Assembly: GCA_040754655.1 (NCBI GenBank)
Contig: JBFMCE010000096.1
Coordinates: forward strand, 1 to 14,570
DNA length: 14,570 bases
From: Bdellovibrionota bacterium
Lineage (GTDB): Bacteria; Bdellovibrionota; UBA1018; UBA923
Reading direction: 5' to 3'
In this document: piece after piece, positions 1-7,004 of the stretch
How positions within the stretch are numbered: the first letter of the stretch is position 1
Layout of the letters: every line of letters begins with the position of its first letter
Notes under the pieces: model-generated
What the model saw: only the letters and a program-made list of their open reading frames with translations
What the model was told of the DNA's origin: nothing
The model's database searches: none
Translations under genes and position numbers: made by a program

Positions 1-2
1 AA

Positions 3-2654
3 TACATCGTTGAGCCTATTTCAGAAAAATCCCTGACGTTCAAAGTGGGCCTTCAAATCAAAGCTTTGAAAGCGCAAAGGCGGGGGCTCAGGCAAGCGGA
101 CTTGAGGGAAAGAGACGCAAAAACAAAGGGAGCGTCAAAAGATAAGAAAAGCGTCCCCGGCCAAGACGACCAACCTTCAGTGGAAGGGGTTGAAGAAAAA
201 GAGGCCATCGACAATCCTGGCGACGTTTGGGTTTTCAAGGGAAAACAACCCAAGAAAAAAGGAGGCAAATGGTCGATGCGAATGAAGGGCCCCGATCCTA
301 GCGAAGGAGAATGGGTGCCCGTCGAAGACAAAGAGGGAAGCGGCAACAAATGGCGATTTCAAGAAAAGGATGCCGATCCGAAAAAAAAATCAGGGTGGGA
401 GTGGACTGGCGACAAGCCTGAATTTGCGAATGGCGAATGGGGATTTCAGGGCGGCAAACCTTCTTTGAATTTGGTGAATGAAAAGGGCGAGACGGAGGCC
501 GCTAAAGTTGAGTCTGATGGTGCGGGTGGCATCGTGGTCACCAAAGACTCGGAAACAGCCCTACGAAAGGAAGAAGAACGGGAACTGGCCCAAGCCATGA
601 CTCGGGCTGAGAAAAAGAAAGGAATTTTTTCAGGCAAGGATGGAGAAGACAAGAAAGGCGGTTCTGCTCAGGCCGGCGAGGGCCAGGAAGAAAAAGCGAA
701 AGAAAGCCCTGCGAGCAATCTCAACCAAGAACTTATGGAAGAGGCTCTGAAAGCGGCGCTTGCGCAACACCACGAAAAAAAGGGCGATAAAAATTCCGCG
801 GCTTTGACTGAGACGAACCAAGAAATGGAATCGAGCGGTTCTGGAAAAGCAGGCGACGCAAACGCCAAAACGAAGAAAAACGGAGCGGCATCGGCGGGCG
901 ATAAACTAGGCCTTGGCGTAGGAGAGGAAGAGTCTGAAGAAAAGACGGGCGCTAAAAAGTTAGAAGAAAAAATGACCCGAACCGCCAAACCTGGTTCGGA
1001 AGCTCATGGCGAAACCCTAGGGTTGAACGAAGCGGGCTCAGAGAAACAGGGGCGCCAGCAAAGGTCGACGGACGAAAAAAAGAAGAAAACGAAGGAGGGC
1101 GAAAAATCCGCACCGGCCGATAAAGATTTGGACGAACTTGATCCTAAAGACCCGCTGACTGCATTTGCGAAATCAGTGATCGAGGAACAGAAAAAATCGA
1201 AAGCAAAAGAACCCGAGGATCAGAAGAAAAAGGGTTCAAAACGCGCCCCAGGTGACCTGGCTGAAATGGCGATGAGCCTTGAAGAAGAAGCATCAGGTTA
1301 CGACGGCGGCTTTTCCGGTGAAGGCGAGCAAGATCAGAACGAGAGCTCTGCGAAAGCCGGGCAGAATGAAGCAAAGAAGTGGAAAGGCCATGACCTTAGC
1401 CCGGATGAACTTCAAAATAAGAAAACCAGGGATAAGAACGCGAACAAGAAGCCTCGAAAAAAAGGTTCAGCAGACGCTACCAGCGAAGAGAAGGAGAAAG
1501 ACGGCGAAGATCCAGGAGAGTCGGAAGCAGAGGAACTCGGCGCAGGAGAGCGCAATTTCTTAAAAAAGAAGAAAAAGAAGGGCAAAGAAGACGCTTCGGC
1601 TGAGATGGATGAAGAATCGGCAGGGTGGAGCACGCATCGGCCCGACTCAGATAAAAAGAGCCAGTGGCAAGGCAGAGACTCGGAACAAGAAGACGGCGCG
1701 ATCGATGATGGCGACAAGACTGTCGAGGTTGACGCTTCGGGCGCTTCGATCAAAGCGAAAAAGGGCTCGATTGAGATCTTCGAATACCCCGCGGAACATT
1801 TTGGAACGTTAAATGGCGCTTGGGAAAACGCGGGCGCCGAGCCCAAAGACCCTGCGAAAACCAAGTTGCATGTTTACCTTGAGCTTTCGATTCGAGAGAA
1901 AACGCCCGAGCAATTGAAAGAGATCCAGAATTGGTGGGTATTTCGTGGCGAGAGACCGACCTACTCGGCTCAGAAAAAGCTCTGGTTTTGCAAACAGAAC
2001 CGCCCTCGAAGTTACGCGGGCTTTGATGCTTTGCCGCAGGTTGTTCGCGACTACATTCTTTCAATTCTAGGAAAACCGGCACCCCGCCCTCAAACTGAAG
2101 AAGCCCAGCAGGACGGCGATGAGGCAGCGGAATCGGTTGGCGAGGCGAGCGGGGCGGAGGCCAAAGAAAAGAAGAAACCCACCTCCCTTCCTTCTGCACC
2201 GATGATGGCGATCTTGGTTTCCGAAATGATTTACGAGGCCGAAGGCGACGCTTCAAAGGTGATCGAGCTCTTTTGCGGGTACGTCATCGGCGCAATGACA
2301 GACGTGAATGCGACCGCAGTGTTGGTTGATGAAAGCGAGTTGACGGTTGTCGCCGGTCTTGGCGGCGCTTATCAAAAAGGTCAGACAGTTTCAGCGCGGG
2401 CTGAGTTTGATGCCGTTCTTAAAAGCAAGCAGTACGAAGTTCATCTTGAGGATAAGAGGGTCGTCTGCCCTGTGATTGCCAAGGCAAAATCAGGAGACTC
2501 CAAGGCTTTGGGGATGATCGCTTTTGAAGCCAAGTCTTCGCCAGAACAGCTTGTATCGAAAGCAAAGTATTTGAGTGGAATCGCGCAATGCCTGAAAGGT
2601 TCATTCTTGCAGCTTCAAGTGAAGGCGCAACTCACAAAGAAAAGCGCCGCATAA
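3..2654 (+). CDS. 5'-partial large multidomain protein: end of a receiver (REC)-like domain, long Lys/Glu-rich disordered region with Trp-motif modules, GAF-like C-terminal domain
   Basis: The frame is open from base 3 (YIVEPISEKSLTFKVGLQIKAL...), so the ORF-track GTG at 45 is probably internal. YIVEP plus the following helix resembles REC beta5-alpha5 (YIxKP...). Most of the central ~500 aa is K/E/G/A/S/D low complexity. The region ~2202-2630 has a GAF-like pattern (two helices, beta strands, VVCPV, LGMIAF, final helix). Stop TAA at 2652-2654. Confidence 0.8.
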   Translation, partial: YIVEPISEKSLTFKVGLQIKALKAQRRGLRQADLRERDAKTKGASKDKKSVPGQDDQPSVEGVEEKEAIDNPGDVWVFKGKQPKKKGGKWSMRMKGPDPSEGEWVPVEDKEGSGNKWRFQEKDADPKKKSGWEWTGDKPEFANGEWGFQGGKPSLNLVNEKGETEAAKVESDGAGGIVVTKDSETALRKEEERELAQAMTRAEKKKGIFSGKDGEDKKGGSAQAGEGQEEKAKESPASNLNQELMEEALKAALAQHHEKKGDKNSAALTETNQEMESSGSGKAGDANAKTKKNGAASAGDKLGLGVGEEESEEKTGAKKLEEKMTRTAKPGSEAHGETLGLNEAGSEKQGRQQRSTDEKKKKTKEGEKSAPADKDLDELDPKDPLTAFAKSVIEEQKKSKAKEPEDQKKKGSKRAPGDLAEMAMSLEEEASGYDGGFSGEGEQDQNESSAKAGQNEAKKWKGHDLSPDELQNKKTRDKNANKKPRKKGSADATSEEKEKDGEDPGESEAEELGAGERNFLKKKKKKGKEDASAEMDEESAGWSTHRPDSDKKSQWQGRDSEQEDGAIDDGDKTVEVDASGASIKAKKGSIEIFEYPAEHFGTLNGAWENAGAEPKDPAKTKLHVYLELSIREKTPEQLKEIQNWWVFRGERPTYSAQKKLWFCKQNRPRSYAGFDALPQVVRDYILSILGKPAPRPQTEEAQQDGDEAAESVGEASGAEAKEKKKPTSLPSAPMMAILVSEMIYEAEGDASKVIELFCGYVIGAMTDVNATAVLVDESELTVVAGLGGAYQKGQTVSARAEFDAVLKSKQYEVHLEDKRVVCPVIAKAKSGDSKALGMIAFEAKSSPEQLVSKAKYLSGIAQCLKGSFLQLQVKAQLTKKSAA

Positions 2655-3870
2655 GCGCCCCCACCCAAGGGGGTAGGTTTTTGGGACAGGTTTTTTCGGA
2701 AAGATCGATTCCCATCTCTGAAAAACCAAGCTCTTTTCCTCTGTCAAAACGCAAGTCTGATAAAACCACATATCCCGGCCCAGAAGCATCCCACGCAATG
2801 ACCCGAGCAAACCTCAGGAAGGCTCGAGCCTGGCAGTTTGACTGAGAAAGGTTTGCAAGTTCAGCGATACCGCCTTTGAACTCACCGCTCCAAACCACAT
2901 GTGGCCGATTAGGCAGGCTCGAAGGGCGCAGGGGAACAGTCGTTTCGGTTGAGCGGTTGGGTGGGCATTCAGCCGCGCCCATGAATTTCGGCAGCGGAGC
3001 ATACACGGCTCGCCTTGTGATGTAATTGTCTTGGGCCTTTTCAACAGTGAAGAGGCTCCAGCAGAGCGGATTAGACGGATAAGGGCTCAAAACCAGGTCC
3101 AGCACCTGCGTCTGCGGCGCAATGTTTTTGAGAAGAGCGTTGATTTGCGTCTTAGCCATCCGGGAGCCCGCAAAGCTTAGAGCGATCCAGGCGATTGCGG
3201 CACTGAGTCCTGCAATGAGCCTAGTGCGCGGTTGAAGTTTGCTCATCAGGCCAAAGAGCCAGAGCCCGAGCGAGGTGAGTACGAGCGCATTTTGCCAAGG
3301 CACGAATCCGGTAAAGAAATACAAAAGCACCGCAATCAGCCAAACGCCCGCGAAGAAGAGTTTTCCTCCTCGGCTTTTCGCCGCGAAAAACAGAACCGGC
3401 GTAAGCGAGATCCAGAGCCAAGGTTCTACGATGAAGACCGAATCGCCGTAAAACCAGCGGTTGTCGAAGGGCCAAAAGGGGTGAACCCCGTAAGAGTTCC
3501 AAAAGTCCATGGTGATGTGCAGGAACGGCCCCAAGACCACGATGAACAGTAGCGCCTTCCAATCACCGCGTTCATGTTCTGGATGTTTTCGTTTATAAAT
3601 CATCCAGAAAAGGAAGAAGAGAACCAGACTCTGTGGCAGTGCGCCGAGGAAAGTGTGGGTGTGCCCGCGGTGGTGCAAGAGATAACCCAGTTTTCCGGTA
3701 GTCAACGGCGCCAAGGCAAAATCTAGGTCAGGAAGATTGTTCGCGACCGCCGAGGCTAGCCACAAAGTGGGGCGCAGCCGCTTTTCGGCGGCCGATTTCC
3801 TGCTGCTCAAGCCTACAGAGGTGGCATGGGCCGCAATAAACCCCGCGATTGTGTGAGAGAGGTTATCCAC
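2632..3870 (-). CDS. Inner-membrane metal-dependent hydrolase, YdjM/DUF457-like
   Basis: Family-typical motifs MDNLSH, NLPDLD, HHRGHTHT and H-x3-DFWNSYGV, several hydrophobic TM segments, and a soluble C-terminal domain. The GTG start overlaps the upstream gene's end by 8 bp. The 3' end overlaps the convergent first gene by 23 bp. Confidence 0.88.
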   Translation of the reverse strand: MDNLSHTIAGFIAAHATSVGLSSRKSAAEKRLRPTLWLASAVANNLPDLDFALAPLTTGKLGYLLHHRGHTHTFLGALPQSLVLFFLFWMIYKRKHPEHERGDWKALLFIVVLGPFLHITMDFWNSYGVHPFWPFDNRWFYGDSVFIVEPWLWISLTPVLFFAAKSRGGKLFFAGVWLIAVLLYFFTGFVPWQNALVLTSLGLWLFGLMSKLQPRTRLIAGLSAAIAWIALSFAGSRMAKTQINALLKNIAPQTQVLDLVLSPYPSNPLCWSLFTVEKAQDNYITRRAVYAPLPKFMGAAECPPNRSTETTVPLRPSSLPNRPHVVWSGEFKGGIAELANLSQSNCQARAFLRFARVIAWDASGPGYVVLSDLRFDRGKELGFSEMGIDLSEKTCPKNLPPWVGALMRRFSL

Positions 3871-4129
3871 TGCTCTTTTGTTTCACCGCGGGTTTCAAGA
3901 CGGAGCGAATGCGCTGGGAGAATGCCCGGAGCGCATCATTCACGGAAGCGCCTTGGTCGACCTGTGATCGGATCTCTATTGCCGCTAAGAGATTGCTGAG
4001 TTTTTCACCGTCGTCCTTGCCCTCAACGCCCAGAAGGTTTTCACGCCTGGATTCAAAAAGGGACGCGGCTTTTTCGAGCTCGGCTTTGGAATGTCTAGCC
4101 ACGAGTTCTTTTACTACATTTACCATCAT
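3863..4129 (-). CDS. Small helical hypothetical protein, DUF6952-like (88 aa)
   Basis: ATGA overlap with the thioredoxin stop (4126-4129) and overlap with the hydrolase start. The motif VEGKDDGEKLSNLLAA...ALRAFSQRIR resembles, from memory, the thioredoxin-associated DUF6952 family; the family assignment is unverified. Confidence 0.75.
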   Translation of the reverse strand: MMVNVVKELVARHSKAELEKAASLFESRRENLLGVEGKDDGEKLSNLLAAIEIRSQVDQGASVNDALRAFSQRIRSVLKPAVKQKSSG

Positions 4130-4449
4130 AGAGGTTTTTTCACCGTGTTGATGAATCCTTCGAGCGCATCTTCCATCGTGGTTGAGAAGCCTCCTACGAA
4201 GCGGCCATTTTTATAGGCCGCGACGTAGGGCAAATTGTCGATTGTCAGTTCGGCGCGGGCCTGTGGATTGGCATCACCGTCGATCTTGAAGAAAAAGGCT
4301 TCTTCATGGTTTCCGGCAACCTTCTCAAATATGGGCGAGAATAGCCGGCAAGGCCCGCACCAATTTGCATAGAAATCAACTAATGCAAGAGGTGCCGCTT
4401 CGATCGCTTTCTGAAATGTTTGGTCGTTGAGTTCGATGACTTTGCTCAT
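4126..4449 (-). CDS. Thioredoxin family protein
   Basis: 107 aa with a VDFYANWCGPC active site, KIDGD, and cis-Pro loop DNLPY followed by YKNG. Confidence 0.95.
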   Translation of the reverse strand: MSKVIELNDQTFQKAIEAAPLALVDFYANWCGPCRLFSPIFEKVAGNHEEAFFFKIDGDANPQARAELTIDNLPYVAAYKNGRFVGGFSTTMEDALEGFINTVKKPL

Positions 4450-4484
4450 GCCGGCTTTTATAGCATGTCTATCGAGGGGTGCAA
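4450..4484 (-). promoter_or_regulatory. Candidate sigma70 promoter giving a leaderless thioredoxin transcript
   Basis: The minus strand reads TTGCAC-N16-TATAAA (TG extended -10 present), then 7 nt, then ATG. There is no Shine-Dalgarno. The -10 lacks the last conserved T. Confidence 0.45.
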
Positions 4485-4526
4485 ACCCGCATCCAAGACC
4501 AGAGATTATCTTGGATGCGGGTTTGC
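4481..4526. terminator. Perfect 18-bp inverted repeat, probable terminator/stability hairpin of the peptidase gene
   Basis: GCAAACCCGCATCCAAGA (4481-4498), a 10-nt loop, then TCTTGGATGCGGGTTTGC (4509-4526), 34 nt downstream of the minus-strand stop at 4561. It has no long U-tract, so terminator function is less certain than the hairpin itself. Confidence 0.65.
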
Positions 4527-4560
4527 TTGGGGACGGGCTATTGGGGGCGATGGCTTGAGG

Positions 4561-5322
4561 CTACCGCAGCCACGAGCTGAAGTGGTCTACGAGTGTGTCT
4601 CGCGCGTAGTCACATTGACTCGAGGTGAGGCGGGTTGTGGAGGAAGTGATGTAATGGTTCATCAAGTTGGTCGAAGTCGTAGTGTGTCCAAGGCCTCCGA
4701 TCAAATGGCCTGCTTCATGGGAAAGCAGCAACGTGCTTGTGGCGACGCGGCTCTCAAAGACGACCCCGGTAGGTTCAGTTCCAGGCATTGTTGAGAATCC
4801 GTTGCTACCGTCTGAACCGAGGTTGCCGGAACGATCCCAGGTTCCTGTTTTTACGAACAGGGCTCGTCTGGAATCGGCAAACTCGCGGCGCAGGTCATAG
4901 AGCTGCGAGTGGTTTGCCGGGGTGAAGTCTACGCCATGAGCGCTCGCGACAGGGGCGATATACTCTTCAAGGACGAAGCGGATGTCGCATTGAGCCCAGG
5001 CATTTGACATGTTCTGGATAAGCGCTTCCACTGAAGCTTTTGACGGAGTAGGGGCGGAAGTCGCCTCAGACTGCAAGGCAACGTATTTGACCGCAACCGT
5101 CATCGCATTGGGGTTTGGGTTTGGAGTTGGGTCGGGATCGCCAGGCTCATTCGGGTCAGGAGAGGGTGAGGGATTGTCTGGTGTGTTGGGGGCCAGTGTG
5201 CTGCCGTCAGAAACTCCGGCAGGAACCTCAGGATTATTCTCGGTGCTATTGCAAGCCGCGAGAAATTGAGTTGATCCGAGAACGAATACCAACGCTGCGA
5301 GATTTGACCATACTTTGGTCAT
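4561..5322 (-). CDS. Lipoprotein zinc metallopeptidase (metzincin-like) with Pro/Asn-rich linker
   Basis: ATG at 5322 is preceded by GGAGG (preferred over the ORF-track start at 5379). Signal peptide with lipobox LAAC, linker PDNPSPSPDPNEPGDPDPTPNPNPN, zinc motif HEAGHLIGGLGH (4684-4719), and Met-turn NLM. Confidence 0.85.
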   Translation of the reverse strand: MTKVWSNLAALVFVLGSTQFLAACNSTENNPEVPAGVSDGSTLAPNTPDNPSPSPDPNEPGDPDPTPNPNPNAMTVAVKYVALQSEATSAPTPSKASVEALIQNMSNAWAQCDIRFVLEEYIAPVASAHGVDFTPANHSQLYDLRREFADSRRALFVKTGTWDRSGNLGSDGSNGFSTMPGTEPTGVVFESRVATSTLLLSHEAGHLIGGLGHTTTSTNLMNHYITSSTTRLTSSQCDYARDTLVDHFSSWLR

Positions 5323-5371
5323 TGTGAATCCTCCTTGATGAACTTCAAAATCAGAATGTTGGGAAATGGTT

Positions 5372-5389
5372 ATGCACACGAGAGGCCAA
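5372..5389 (-). promoter_or_regulatory. Candidate sigma54 (-24/-12) promoter for the metallopeptidase
   Basis: The minus strand reads TTGGCCTCTCGTGTGCAT, i.e. TGG-N10-GCA with exact GG/GC spacing, ~50 bp upstream of ATG 5322. Confidence 0.65.
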
Positions 5390-5405
5390 CTCCCGTGTTG
5401 CAGGT

Positions 5406-5422
5406 TGCACTTGGAGAGTGCA
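5406..5422. promoter_or_regulatory. Candidate enhancer-binding-protein site, NtrC-box-like palindrome
   Basis: TGCACTTGGAGAGTGCA is TGCAC-N7-GTGCA (perfect 6-bp arms TGCACT/AGTGCA), ~100 bp upstream of the predicted plus-strand sigma54 start site. Confidence 0.5.
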
Positions 5423-5463
5423 CAAGAAGATCTACAGTAATGGGTTGTTTGCGATCAGAGAGC

Positions 5464-5479
5464 GTAGAAAACTTCCTAC
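5464..5479. promoter_or_regulatory. Second candidate enhancer palindrome
   Basis: GTAGAAAACTTCCTAC is GTAG-N8-CTAC with 12/16 positions self-complementary, ~110 bp upstream of the predicted minus-strand sigma54 start site. Confidence 0.4.
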
Positions 5480-5487
5480 AAAGTGAA

Positions 5488-5505
5488 TTGGTCCGTTGCC
5501 TGCAT
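5488..5505 (+). promoter_or_regulatory. Candidate sigma54 (-24/-12) promoter for the CAP-domain gene
   Basis: TTGGTCCGTTGCCTGCAT is TGG-N10-GCA with exact spacing, ~40 bp upstream of ATG 5544 and its GGGGAG RBS. Confidence 0.62.
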
Positions 5506-5543
5506 AGGGTGCTTCCGGAGTTGTCTCAAGTTTTGGGGGAGCC

Positions 5544-6440
5544 ATGGCAAATCGATTCGAGCGCTGGTTCGTAATTCGGGTCTTTTATTTGTGTTGCATG
5601 CTCTTCCTCGCATCTTGTGGCGACGGAAAGCTTAGGCTTGGATATTTCGCCGACTCAAATTCAGAGTCAAAGCCATCTACCGTCACTCAACCCAATGAAT
5701 TGCCCGATTCGGGGCCTGTCGAGGAAGAGGGGCCCTTCGTCGATCCAGAGACTCAAGGCGACGTTTCAGAATCATTGCCCGGCGCCACAGGTTCGCCAGA
5801 GCCCAGCACGCAAGCATCTCCGTCGCCTTCAACCCTGCCGTCATCGCCAGCCGCGCCACGCACGAGCGCTAGGCCGGAGCCGCAACCAGGTGGGCCGCTA
5901 CCGACGCGCGGTGAAGATGACGAAAGGCCGGGGTCTTCTTCTGATCCTGAGCGAGAACGAATTCTCAACAAGGTCTTGGATCTGACCAATGGTTACCGCA
6001 TCGAAAACGGACTTGCTCCGCTCACGCTCAATGCTGAGTTGTCTCGGGCGGCGCAAGAGTACGCCGAACGGATGGGAGAAGAGGTTTTCTTCGATCATGT
6101 GGCTCCTGATGGCACCCGTCCCCGAGATCGCATTTCGGCCATGGGTTACCAACCGCAGGCCTGCGGCGAGAACTTGGCTCTCGGTTACAAGACTCCTGAA
6201 CAAACAGTGCATGCTTGGATCAGAAGCCCTAGTCATCAAGCAAATTTATTGAATAAGGACTATACCGAGATCGGACTAGGCTATGCCGTCGGAAAGTCGC
6301 GTCAGTATGGCGATCAATGCGCGTACTGGGTGCAAGAGTTTGCGACGCCGCGCAATCGGCATCCAAGCTTACCTCACGACGGGCCTGAGGCGCCCAGCGA
6401 TGCGCCTCGAGAAAAACCTTGGAAAAAATCAGGCGTTTGA
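5544..6440 (+). CDS. CAP/SCP domain-containing lipoprotein
   Basis: RBS GGGGAG, lipobox LASC, a ~110-aa Pro/Ser/Glu linker, and CAP motifs TNGYR..NGLAPL, FFDHVAPDG, GENLA, WIRSPSHQANLL, IGLG and YWVQEF. Confidence 0.92.
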   Translation: MANRFERWFVIRVFYLCCMLFLASCGDGKLRLGYFADSNSESKPSTVTQPNELPDSGPVEEEGPFVDPETQGDVSESLPGATGSPEPSTQASPSPSTLPSSPAAPRTSARPEPQPGGPLPTRGEDDERPGSSSDPERERILNKVLDLTNGYRIENGLAPLTLNAELSRAAQEYAERMGEEVFFDHVAPDGTRPRDRISAMGYQPQACGENLALGYKTPEQTVHAWIRSPSHQANLLNKDYTEIGLGYAVGKSRQYGDQCAYWVQEFATPRNRHPSLPHDGPEAPSDAPREKPWKKSGV

Positions 6441-6959
6441 TCACGATTTCGCGAGGGTCTTGAGTTTTCTCACCTGCGAGAGCCCCTCGGTTGAGAGAAG
6501 CCTATCGGGTTGGTAGAGGTAGGGGGCCAGTTCGCTCTGAGCACGCACGAAAATCACATGCCCAGACTGTAAAAAAGCATATGCGTGCACCGCAAAAAGT
6601 TCGTGCTCATGGCTCTTGAGCGCCGCAATCGCCTTGGTTACCAGATCTCGGCCATATCCTTCTTCTTCCGCGAAATGGCTTAAATCGTCTCGTGTTGCGG
6701 CAAGGATGTCTTCGTCTAAGAAAGATTCATCATAAGCAATGAATTCAATGCGTCCTGAGACCGGGGCTAAGACCCCTTGAAAGTCTTCAAAGCTCTCGCA
6801 TTCGATCGTCCAGGCTCCTCCGCGATCTTCGTTAGGCCACACCTTGCCTTTCAAAACCGGTGCCACGGTTGGCAAAGAGCTTGCTAACGTTTTTACATCC
6901 TCATAACTAAAAAACTCTTCTTCATCGTGTGTCGTAGAGCTTGGCATTGAGGTCCACAT
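6441..6959 (-). CDS. Acidic hypothetical protein (172 aa)
   Basis: RBS AGAGGA 7 nt before ATG. It fills the gap between two clear genes, its stop abuts the CAP stop (TGA/TCA, 0 bp), and its composition looks globular. No family recognised. Confidence 0.75.
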   Translation of the reverse strand: MWTSMPSSTTHDEEEFFSYEDVKTLASSLPTVAPVLKGKVWPNEDRGGAWTIECESFEDFQGVLAPVSGRIEFIAYDESFLDEDILAATRDDLSHFAEEEGYGRDLVTKAIAALKSHEHELFAVHAYAFLQSGHVIFVRAQSELAPYLYQPDRLLSTEGLSQVRKLKTLAKS

Positions 6960-7004
6960 ATTCTATTCCTCTAATTGAAAAACCAGAAATTTGGAAGAGG
7001 TACT

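Noticed and set aside
381..389. A9 homopolymer (and other A-runs) in the first gene as phase-variation sites
   Set aside because: Explained by Lys-rich coding; the reading frame is intact.
53..2256. Numerous Ser/Phe/Leu-rich minus-strand ORFs opposite the first gene
   Set aside because: Expected antisense translation of purine-rich Lys/Glu codons.
4420..4794. 124-aa plus-strand ORF across the thioredoxin/peptidase junction
   Set aside because: It overlaps two well-supported minus-strand genes and the hairpin, and has no protein-like features.
5335..5574. 79-aa ORF in the divergent intergenic region
   Set aside because: The region is better explained by promoters and palindromes; no RBS or recognisable product.
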